From the NCBI RefSeq assembly GCF_006345805.1, contig NC_043008.1, positions 49,972,001 through 50,036,000 of the forward strand: a stretch of DNA of 64,000 nt, given 5' to 3'. Both the position numbers and the translations under genes were made by a program. The notes below the pieces were generated by a model, which was not told where the DNA came from, did not search any database, and was given only the letters and a program-made list of their open reading frames with translations. Numbering within the stretch: the stretch's first letter is position 1; each line of letters begins with the position of its first letter. This document shows positions 41,511-54,300 of the stretch, in pieces. The DNA is from Octopus sinensis (lineage: Eukaryota).

Positions 41511-43717
41511 TGTCATATCATATCTATAATGAATGCCATATGTCATATATGACAAAGTGGTGGTGGTGGTGGTGGTTTCCTTGCTAGAAATGTGTGTGCT
41601 AAGTTTTGAAATGTTGATGCTATTAAAATATTTCCAGTGCTTTGTTATGTATTTAGTTATTCTTGCACTGCATTTACTGGTGTCAGTCACTGGACAGCTG
41701 CCAAACTCAGGCACTGCACCCCAAAGGGGTTTCCAAAAAAGAAAAGAAAAGGATCAAAGGTTCTTCCTGAACCTAAGGCTCATTAGGACAGTTCTCTGGC
41801 TTCTGAGAAGTATATTTTTTTCCCTTGCTGAACAGAACGTCAGTCCATCCATCGCACAGTTACTCCATTTTGCCAGCTGAGTGGACTGGAGCCACGTGGA
41901 AAGAAGTGTTTTGCTCAAGAACACAAATGTGTTGCCTGGTTCAGGAATTGAAACCACAATCTTACAATCGTAAGTACAACACTTTAACCACTAAATCATG
42001 CACATCCACTCAAGATGCTTTAGTCACCAATTATACCAACCACTTTGTCAGGAACTCATGTTGGTATTTATGCTATGAAATGTTTAAGTGTATCATCATA
42101 GAAAGAGTTGTAACACTACAATGTACTTTTGTTCCACGCACCAAACATTTTTTTTCTTTTTTTCATTTCACTATTCATTAGTATCATACAAACACACGAG
42201 TGTCATTATCGTTTAACATCTACCTTCCACACTGACAGTTTAACAACCGAAAGAATCAGATAACTGGACCATGCTCCAATGTCTACTTTGGCCTGGTTTA
42301 TACAGTTGGATGTGGAGGCACATGGCCTAGTGGTTAGAGCAGCGGACTCGCGGTTGAGGGATTGCGGGTTCGAATCTCAGACCAGGCGATGTGTGTGTTT
42401 ATGAACAAAAACACCTAAACTCCACATGGCTCTGGCAGAAGGTAATGGCAAAACTTCTGCTGACCCTTTCACCACAACTTTCTCTCACTCTTTCCTCCTG
42501 CATCTTGCAGCTCACATGCAACGGACCGGCATCCCATCCAGGTGGGGAACCTATATACCAAGGAAACCGGAAAACCTATATGCCAAGGAAACCGGAAAAC
42601 CGGCCCTTATGAGCCAGGCATGGCTCAAGAAGGAACAAACATACAGCTGGATGACCTTCTTAATGCCAACCACTTCACAGTGTGTACCGAGTGCCTTTTC
42701 CATATGGCCAACACTTGTGAGGTCACCATGTAACTCACCTAGCTAAGGATCTCCCTTGACTGAATGAGAGTATAGTAGAAAAGGAGATGGTTTTATGCTG
42801 TAGAGGAGAGACACAGCTACCTTATATATAAAAGTGGGTAGGAGCAATCAGGGGGGAGCTGGAAAGAGAGATGAAGATGGCGGTAATGAGGAGTCAGAAT
42901 GTGCTGTTAAAGTACAAGAAGGTGATTAGAGGACAGAGCGAGTACAAAAGACTGGGAAGAACAGATGTGTAGAGGTTGCATGAGTGTATATAAAAAAAGG
43001 ACCCCCTTTAGTTATGAATGACCATGAGATTATGGGATTGCACCTAGGAAGTTCCCCTCCGAGGCACAAGTCCAGGTAAGGTTGTTTATGGAAGACCAGC
43101 AGGTCACCCATACATAACAGTCTCCCCTCTCCATGCCACTGATGTTATCCAAGAGAAAGACAAAGGACGATATAACTTGACGCCAGTGACGTTGCAACTC
43201 ATTTCTACAGCTGAGCTGAACTGGAGCAACGTGAAATAAAGGGTCTTGCTCAAGAACACAACACACAGCTCGATCCAGGAATCGAACTCACTACCTCATG
43301 ATTGCAAGCCCGATGCTCTAACCACTGAGCCATGCACCTTCACAAAAAATATGCTGTACATCCCTGGGTGGACTTCAACCACCAACCTTTTAGCCAACAG
43401 TCAAACTCACTAAACGATTGCACCACACACACAAATACATACATACACACATATATATATATATATATAATATTATTAGTGAATTGAAGAAATGGAGTTG
43501 AACGAAGATTGAACAGAAATCCTGTTCAATCTTCGTTCAACTCCATTTCTTCAATTCACTAATAATATTAAAATTCAATTATCCGCACCAATGCACGGTT
43601 GCAACACCATATGGTTGTACCTCCAACCGTGCTTTCTTCTGCTGTGATTTTTGCTACCAAGGTATCGGTTAAACTTTTGATTAATCTGCAACAAGATTAT
43701 TCATCTTTCTATTTCAC

Positions 43718-43756
<39 letters not shown>

Positions 43757-46276
43757 AAATACCCACACACACATAAATGTGTGTATTTATTAAGCCAAGT
43801 TAGAAGCATGTCTCTGGTTACAAATTCTCCATATGGTGTCAATTCCATCAAACTCTATGACACTTTGAACATCAATTATAACCTTGAACTAATTAAAGCT
43901 TTCTGAGTGAAATTGGTAGACAAAAACTGTATGGAAGCCTGTCATGCTGGCATATATACATGTGTGTGCACATGAGAGCTTATTTCCCCGTCTTCCCAAT
44001 GAAACCACTTGTGCAAAAATGGTACTCTGTTAATGTCGTATATAAACATTGCTTCCTGTAGGTCAACAGCTGTTTTGTTGAAGACCAATGGAATATAATA
44101 TTTTACTTGTTTTAACAGACAAAAATTGGTGGCAGAAAGGACATTAATCCAAAGGACACTACCTCAGTAAGTTTGGTCCACCCGGAGCCAGCACGGAAGG
44201 GATGAATGTGAAGAATAATGAGATTACGAGGATATGTGGAAGTGACAACAAGTTGTTTAGCAAGAGTCGTTTTTGAGTCCAATGTGAGTCCACTCTGCTG
44301 AATGTGTGTTAGATAGGGCAAAGACAAAACTTTTACAAGAGGAGAGAAAGCATGGGTCTTGTGGGGGGAAAAAAGGCAAAATATATAATCTACAAACCAC
44401 AGCAGAAAACTGGAACAAAGACACCCGCAGGAATTGGTAAAGTGTTTGACAAGGCACCCATCCAAAACTACAAAAAAAGTTTAAAAAAAAAAAAAAAAAA
44501 AGATATATCAGGCAATGTTCTTCAATATGATAGCAGCAGCAGCTGTTCAAGAATTTGAACCTGGAGATCTCCATTTCCAGCGACTTCGAGGGCCACCTCC
44601 CAGTGGTGTCAGGTGTCAACGAAGAGCCCTCGACTACAACAAGACAACCAAATTTTTTTGTTTTTTTCCAAGGTCTGGGGGTCTCCCGCTCCTCACCCCT
44701 AGACCATCACCTAATCACCCTTACCCATCTTGTTGCTTAACAGCAATAACAACAACAACAGCAGCAGCAGCAGCAGTAGTAGCAACAACAATAATAATTT
44801 CTATTATAGGCACAAGGCCTGAAATTTTAGGGGAGGGGGATAGTCGATTGCCTCGACCCCTGTGTTTCACTGGTACTCAATCTATCGACCCCCTAAAGGG
44901 ATGAAAGGCGAAGTCAACCTCATCAGAATTTGAACTAAGAATGTGAAGATGGATGAAATATTGCTAAGCATTTCATCCAGCATGCTAACGATTCTGCCAG
45001 CTTGCCACCTTAGCAACAATAATAACAAGAATAATTTCTAACATCAGTAAAAACGGTAACAGGTAAAGACCCCTTCGGTCATGAATGACCATGGGATTGC
45101 ACCTAGAAAGCTTCCCTCCAAGGCACACATTCAGGTAATGATGTTTATGGAAGAGCAGCAGTTGCCCATGCATATCAACCTCCTGTCTCCATGCCACTGA
45201 TGTTATCCAAGGGAAAGGAAAAGGGGCCAATACAACTTGTCACCAATAATGTTGGTCTGGCGCTTGTTCATGTCCCATTACGCAACTTTTCGGGACATGA
45301 ACAAGCGCCAGACCACGGGACTCAGTAAGCTAATATGGCGACTGAAGGATACGAACTTAAGCTACAGGCTGGAATGGTCAATTTTGTCGGTGGCCCTCCC
45401 ATTTGATAGGGGCAGAAGGCAGTGCAACCTTTGTGTCTCCGAACTCTTCCATATTTTGTTTGCCAGAGGCCGGATGGTAAACGGGCTTTTACAGTCGGCT
45501 TTTCGATGCCCCCATTGGCGGCGTTACACTTATCTGGCTTTTAAATAGCGTTTATAAATAATACCGGCACCCATAGCCTTGGTAACAAATTCTGAAATAG
45601 CCTTTAAGATATCTACGATTAACCACTGCAAGGGGAATTACTCCTGTAAGATAAACGGGGCTTGGTTTTTTCACAACGGGGGTTTCCTTGACAAGGCAGG
45701 CTTAGATGAACACACACACACATAAAACATAATATATATATATTTTTTTCTGCCACCCAACAGTTCTCACTGCAGTAGCCACTGACAGCCGAACGTTCAA
45801 ACGCACACACGTACACAAAAAATGTTTTCTACCCCTACGCCACCACACACATATATAGAACATATACACACACACGTCTCTAAGTAGATTTTTTCTCGCC
45901 CCTTATAAACATCCAATATTCCTTAAATAGTCAGAACTTTATTCTCGGTCACAAAGAACATCTATACACCCTCACCCACATGATTGACCGATGCCTGACC
46001 CGTTAAATTCTTCAGCCACCGGTTCTCAACATACACTGATAACATTTTCGCCATGGGCTCTTAGGAGCCTAGTTCGATTTGTTTTTGCTCCGCCTCTGTT
46101 CTGTTTTTTTTTTGTTTTTTCCAACGGATTTCCTATTTTCTTCCTGAAGAGAAAGACACAATATGGTCCCATTATTCAATCGGATTTTGGTAATTGTGCC
46201 TTCGAAACACGTGTAAATGAAATAAAACGATTTCTGTTCAATCTGCGTTCAGCTCCATTTCTTCAATTCACCAATA

Positions 46277-46307
<31 letters not shown>

Positions 46308-46315
46308 TATGTATG

Positions 46316-46378
<63 letters not shown>

Positions 46379-47622
46379 CTTCATACATTGTTACGAAAAT
46401 TTAACCTTTTAGGCTACTTTCAAGCCTTCGCCATAACTTGATTTATCTTTCTATCTCTCTCTCTACAAAATTTAACCTTAGGCCAGGCTACCTCAAGCCG
46501 TAATCCTATCTCTTCCCATCTCTTCCCATCTCTTCCCATCTTTCAGCCATTGGCGGTGCGCCCCCCCCCCCCCCACCACCAATACCGATGAACACTGTTC
46601 TCACCCCCACCACCAATACCGGTGAACACTGTTCCTCACCCCCCACCACCAATACCAGTATACCCTGTCCTCACCATCTACACCGGATACGCCTTACTCA
46701 TCTACACCGGGTACGCCCTACTCCCTCTCCTCCCCCCACTACCCCTTCTCCTCATATGCTTTCACTGTGAAAAGACAAGCTGCTAGCGCCATAGCTCATC
46801 AACTGCCCACCGATCTTATGCTTCCTCCTGACACTGCCTCATTCCGACTATCCTTTAGCACCCTCCCGCCTCTAATATCCTACGTTTTATTTCTTAGGAA
46901 CCTACACCAACCCTTCCTGCCATCGTTCCTCCTTACCCCAACCTTCCCCACTGTTGCTCCCCTATATACCCGCCTCAACTGGACCCCCCCCCTCCCCAAC
47001 TCAACTCTCGAATATCTGTATTTTTCCTCTACCTAATAACGTTACTCAGTGACGATAACGAATGTCTTTATTTCTTAGGACCTACACCAACCCTTCCTGC
47101 CATCGTTCCTCCTTACCCCAACCTTCCCCACTGGTTGCCCTCCTATATTACCCGCCTCAACTGGACCTCCCCCTCCCCAACTCAACTCTAGAATATTTGT
47201 ATTTCTTTCCTCTACCTAATTACGTTACTCAGTGATGATAAATGCTGTGACTACAAAGACCCGGGCTGCTTTCTGCAGCAATTCCACATACCCCCTACTC
47301 ATTCTAAGTACCCCGGATCCCCAAAGTACCCTGGATCCCAAGTACCCCGGACCTCGTTGCCCATGTGCCGCTGACACGTTAAAATGCTCGAACCGATCGT
47401 GACGATGCCGGACCCTCCGCCCCTGTGCAGGTGGCACGTAAAAAGCACCCAATCCACTCACGGAGTGGTTGGCGTTAGGAAGGGCATCCAGCCGTAGAAA
47501 CTCTGCCAGATTCAGACTGGAGCCTGGTGCGGCCCCTGGCTTCCCAGACCCGGTCAAACCGTCCAACCCGTGCTAGCGCGGAAAGCGGACGTGTAAACGA
47601 TGATGATGATGTGATGATGATG

Positions 47623-47689
<67 letters not shown>

Positions 47690-47697
47690 TGTATATG

Positions 47698-47735
<38 letters not shown>

Positions 47736-47793
47736 AGTGCATGTATATATGTGTATATATATATAAATATACATATATATGTGTGTGTGTGTG

Positions 47794-47837
<44 letters not shown>

Positions 47838-50800
47838 CATACATGTGTGTGGTGGGTGGGTGTATTATATGAAATTATACAAGATATATTTTCAAATATC
47901 AAATTTCAGATAACATACATAGAATAAATAAATATAAATGCATGTAATTATAAATAAATGAACACAAAAACAAAATAAGAGTGACCCACCCAGCACTGTT
48001 ACTCATGTAATAGCCCCCACGATATGAGACTAAGCCAGAAACATTCCAAGCTGTGTATAGGCTCTTGCTTCTATCACAACCAACACATTGTTCATCGGTT
48101 TCCTCCAGTTCTTCAGTAGATCCACTAAGTTCCTCAACGGCTGTTCTTAGAACCAGGAGTTCCTAAGAGGAGAAGAGTGATAGCCCCTTGCCAATGTTTC
48201 TTCAAACCTTTTGGCATCCAGGATGCTCTGTCAAATGTAATGCTTATTGAGTCTTAGCATTTTGAATTAATCATGCATTATCTTGTAGCTTTGAGACCTC
48301 AATAATGTGTTTGCTTAGTTTTAGAGTGACATTGTAGGGTAGGCGTAAGAGGCTGAAACTAGTCAGTTTGAACATAAAACAGCTGGAATATCTGAGCTGG
48401 ATATGGCTGGTTTAAGCACCAAAGGGTTAAGCTATGTTCTTGAATGCACATGCACAAGTTTAACAAGTAAAACACAAAGTAAAAACACATGTGCACACAC
48501 CAGGTCTTCAAGATGAAATCCATTTTTTTCTAACTGAAGATGGTAACTTAAATGGATGCATATATACTTTACAAAGGAAGACAGAATTTTCTTACAAGCA
48601 AATTCCTGCACACATCCACAGAAATAAGATTAGAAGGAGAATTGATTCTTGCAGGGTTTATTGGTATTAAATTCATGATCTCTAACACCATTCTGTGAGG
48701 AAATTTCATTTGCTATCTTCTTAGTTATGACTGTGGTGTTTCAGGCGGCAAGCTGGCAGAACCGTTAGCATGCCAGGCGAAATGCTTAGCAGTATTTCGT
48801 ATGCTGTTACGTTCTGAGTTCAAATTCCGCCAAGGTCGACTTTGCCTTTCATCCTTTCGGAGTCAATAAATTAAGTACCAGTTACGCACTGGGGTCAATC
48901 TAATCGACTTAATCCCTTTGTCTGTCCTTGTTTGTCCCCTCTATGTTTAGCCCCTTGTGGGCAATAAAGAAATAAGGAAACAATAGTTTCCGAGGTCTAC
49001 TGTTGTTGCTGTTCTTATTGCATTGCTGTTATCTGTTGCCTTCTTCCTCCTCTGCCTGTCCTTACTTCCTAATCTGGAGTAAAAGCCCTCAAGTGGCTTT
49101 TACTTCCACATATGTAGCAACTGGGTTTTTTTTACTCTGCACAATCAGCTTCCCTTCCTCTTTGCACCCACAAGGTACAACTCCAGGATAATCTTGTGAT
49201 TTGGGGAGCTCTGACAAAAACTGCAGTATCTCGCCTGTCCACAGTGTATACATGTTAAGTATGATATATAGATGGCTAGCTGACAGAATCGTTAGCACGC
49301 CAGGCGAAATGCATAGTGGTATTTCGTCTGCGTTACGTTGTGAGTTCAAATTCTGCTGAGGTCGACTTTGCCTTTCATCCTTTCGGGGTCGATAAATTAA
49401 GTACCAGTTACTCACTGGGGTCGGTGTAATCGACTTAATACCTTTGTCTGTCCTTGTTTGTCCCCTCTGTGTTTAGCCCCTTGTGGGTAATAAAGAAATA
49501 GATATATAGATGGCTATAACATATTTTTATGGGTTTGAAAAAATTCCTAAGTAAAATCTACACATTTATAGAAATAATTTTTCAGTTTGTCCCCATTATA
49601 AATGACTGAGATGGAAAATAAAACTGGATATAAAATACTTACGGTCATAATGACATAGAGTAATAATGTGACATAGATATTGGTAGCCGGAGGATTCCAG
49701 TGCCTGAGGATGGCCTCTTCTTCTAAATCATCAGCTTGTCCTGTGGTCCATGTAATGTTACTGAATAGTTCGTTAATGGCTCGACGAGCAGTCAACTGCA
49801 AAACAATCAACTCATTATAAATATATGCTTTTTATTACATTTTCTTTCATTTTTTTAAAATTTTTAGAAGAGTTCTAACCAGATAGAGATGGATTTGACA
49901 AGACTGAATTCCAGACCTGATTGCTCTATTCCCTCTTTTTTCTTGTGTGTCTGTGTTTTTTTAAGAAACCTTTATAGTGGAGATGAAATATTCCTTTCCT
50001 TTATATCTACTCTATATTCTGATCAGTTTGGTATTTAATCAGCTTTAGGCGTCTTTTTCCTGGACATGTCCAGACTCCAGACTGAATTCAAACTGAAACA
50101 AAGCCTTATTTCTGAATTAGGGGGAAAGAGACATACGTATCCAAATACAAGGACCTGGAAACATTGATAACAAAAATAGGGAAGATTGGAAACAAGAACA
50201 ATCCCTTTAGTAATAAGCATCTTGAGAATGGCAAAAAAAGGTTTCACATAAATATATCAGTAAAATATCAGATAACTGTGGAATTACATTTAGTTTAGAA
50301 ATAATAGTTTATTGTTGGAAACTAGCCTGGTACTGTGTGTATAATGCACTTGAGAGCTGTGCCAGTGGAGCATAAGCTCCAGGCAGGAACTACAATGCTG
50401 GACAGGTCAAAGTATTGAGGTCAGACTACTTTGGATCACCTCATCCCAGAGGTAAAAATGGATTTACATAGGGCCAAGACTCTTACCTAGATAAAAGCAA
50501 AGTTTCAGAAGAATAGATGTCAATTCAAAACCAACAAGAGCTGAGAGCAGAAGCCCTTCCCCCAGGGAAATTCTAGATCAGTGGTTCTCAACCAGGGTTC
50601 ACATGACTCTGGGAGGGGGTGTCCAGATAAGATTTAGTTGTTAAAAATTCTGTACAATAAATCAGTTGTACTTCTACATTACACAAAATACTTTAATTTT
50701 TTTTTTATATAAAGTTCCTAATAATATTTAATTATGGGATTCTTTTTTTAACTTTAAATAGGGATCAAGGGTGTCCATAGGTAAAACATGGTTGAGAATC

Positions 50801-51319
50801 AGTGCCCAAGACACATGGATGAGGGTGTCCCCAGGAGTGGCCCCAAGAGCTCAGAGTAGGGAACAGTAAGAAAAAGTCATCAATGGCCTATGATCCATTG
50901 GCAGTGAAGGGCTTAAGTAATTCCATCCAACATTCCAACAAGTCTACCATTTTGCTGCCAAGAATAAACTTATTGGAATTTAGAATTCAAACCAAGAACT
51001 TTGCAAAGTCGTATGACATTTTTATTATAAACCATTATATTGATTTCATATTTTGGCACAAGGCCAGCAATTTCGGGGGGAGGGGTTAAACTGGCTACAT
51101 CAATCCAAGTGCTCAACCATGAAAGGATAAATGGCAAAGCTGACCTTGGTGGGATTTGAACTCAAATCATAAAGGCTGATGGAATGTTGCTTGGCATTTT
51201 GCTTGGAATGCTCATGAGTGCCAGCTCATTTGCCTGATAAACCATCAGATTAATGTCTAAAGTAAAGCATGATGTCTTTTTCCTAAAAGTGAACTGTGTA
51301 GAAAACTGTGGAGAAGCTC

Positions 51320-51359
<40 letters not shown>

Positions 51360-54300
51360 CATACACACACACACATGTACATGTGTCTATCTGTTTGCCC
51401 CACACACCCACCGCCAGTGTTGGTTCGTTTACATCCCCATGGTTTTGGCACTTCAGCAAAAGAGAACGACAGAACGGGTAGCAGACTTAATGAGTACTAG
51501 GGATCAATTTGATGGACGAGGACCCTTCAAGGTGGTATTCCAGCATGGCTGCAGTCCAATGATTGAAACAAGTAAACAATATCACCAGAACATGAATGCT
51601 ACAGCAATTAGAACTCCCGTATTTCTCAGGGGATGGTCTTTGGGATCAGCCAGTACCAAATTCTTGGCATTAACAGCTTTTGATGCCACCCCCATTCCAC
51701 TTTACCAAGAATCCATTATCAAAACTCATCAGGTGAAACCTTTTTTGTTTTTTGTTTTTTTTTTGCTGTTATTCTATACAAAATAAATAGAGTGAAATAT
51801 TGTAATTGATAGGTGATAACTACGTCAACTGACAGGAATAACCAAAGAACCACAATGAATTCTTAAAGCAGAAGACATTTGTGCATGAAAATGAAATACA
51901 ATATTGCTCATTAGGAATATGGAAATATTCTGAAATCTGAATTATTGAAATCTAATGCTAACAACCTATTTAGAACTTGTATTTATATATATTTGCTGAT
52001 ATATAATATATATATACACACACACACACACATACATCTATATCTGGTGAAATACATATAAACAAACCAGCCAACAGTAAACATCCTAAGGCAGTATACA
52101 TACATGCACCCATTATGGGTGTGTGTGTATGTTTATACATAGTTAAAGTGACGTATATATAAGGTTAAATATATAGATATACATACATGTACAGACACAC
52201 TCAAACACAGGATGGTGATGATGATGATATATATAAAAAATGTAAACTAAATGTGTTTGTGTGTTTTGTCCCACACAGCTATATATATAGCAGACACTGG
52301 AGCTCAGTGCATGTCAAAGGATGCTCATGGGACCCAAACCCACAGCTAATAAATAAACTACATGTTTATCAATTATATTGTATATGATATTCATAAACAC
52401 ATTTACATATTATATATATACAGGGTGTCCCAAAAAAATGTATACACACCTTAAATAATTGTAAATTTGTTATTCTTTGTAAGCCTAGTACTTATTCTAT
52501 CGTTCTCTTTTGCCGAACCACTATGTGTATACATTTTTTGGGACACCCTGTATAAGTGAAGTTGAACGCAGATGCTATTCAAATTTTCGACATATGTTTC
52601 GAAGACAACATTGGTATTATTCCAAAGGAATAAACGGTGTAAAATGCTATCTTCTCATCAGGAAAGAAAGGGAACCCATCTCAACAACAAGACATTACAA
52701 CAATTTTCGATGACTGCATAAATGATAAACAGAACGCTATTAAGTATTTAAAAAAAACGTTAGTAGATTCGACGTCAAAGGCAGACACTAGCAAGAGAAG
52801 GGGTAAAGAAATAATAAGTAGAGAACAAATAAAGAGGGATATATTGGTTGAAAAATATATATATGCACACAAACACCCACAGTCACGTGTGTGTGTGTGT
52901 GCAAGTGTAGAGAAAGAAACCAGAAAAAGAGAAAGACCAAGGAAGACACAGGAGACTAATCTTGAGGGGCTGGATCTGATCAAGGAGATGACAAGTGACA
53001 AAGTGTTCTGCTGGAGAAGACTCACCCAACACATGAGGAAATGGAAAAACAGGCATAAAATGATGATGAATATAGATGTACACACACACACAGAGATTCT
53101 TACAAATGAATTAATTAAGCACTAAATAGCTTTTTATTTTTTGGCCTATATTTGGTATGACTTAAACTAAACCGTTTTTTCACAGCAGATCCATCACAAG
53201 ACTGGGACAACTGTAAACAAATGTCATTTTCTTTTTTTCTGTTGACAAAAATAAAAATAAAAAAGGATCTACCTGACTGGTTTCACATCTCATTTGATTT
53301 TCATCAGAGATAAAATATATGATCTGCCCAAGGAGAGAAATACAGGTATCCCTCAACTTACATCAGTAATTAGTTCTGAGATATGCAGCTTCACTTAAAA
53401 AATCATAAAAAAAGGAAGACCATTTGACCCTTTAACATTCAGATTTCTCTATCAAATATAATCCTCATATATTCACATTGTTTTGAATTAGTCTCACATT
53501 ACCTTGTTGCTCTGAGATTTTGATGATGTGATTGTTTACTTTTAGAATAACATTGTAGGGTAGGTATAAGAGGCCAGAATTTAGCTAATTTCTACATAAA
53601 ACAGGTAGAATATTCTGGTTGGATATGGCCAGTTTAAATGCTGGAGGGTTGAGAAATTTATTACCTCTTATCTGTTTGAATAAATGGTTTGTACATATTT
53701 TCACATGTATTATTTTTTTTTTTTTCTACTTCAGGATTGGGTTTTATGCTTTTTTAATCTTTATGCTTTTAAATATGTTCACCGAGATCAATGTAAAGTT
53801 AGATAAATCAACTGAAGGTCAGGGCTATTTTTCTAATTAATTTCTTTAAAAAAAAGATGTCAACTCGAAACAACATACATTGAGGCATACTTGTATAATT
53901 AACAGCTATGTACAATCACTAAATGAAATGGGTGGGTCAAATGATATTTGAAGAGAATCAAATTAGATATGAAACCAGTCGAGAAGACTTTTTTTAAAAT
54001 TCTGATTACAGAAACAAATAAAAAGACATTCATTTTTTTTCTCATTTGCCAGGTGTGGAACAAGGAGCAGTGACCATTGGCCATCATCACTCATCGAAAA
54101 CAGGTGAAAATGATGCTATTAATTTTTTTATTTAAACTACTTCAAGTCAACACATTCATGAATGACATGAGCAGAGAGGGAGGTTTCAGAGGGAAGTCAT
54201 TCTGAAAAGGAAGGACTGGGATGGTGCTTAGTGCAGATACAAAGGGGCTGGACACAACAGGGGTGAAAAGAGGAGAAGAAGGAAAAGTAACTTGGGTGTC

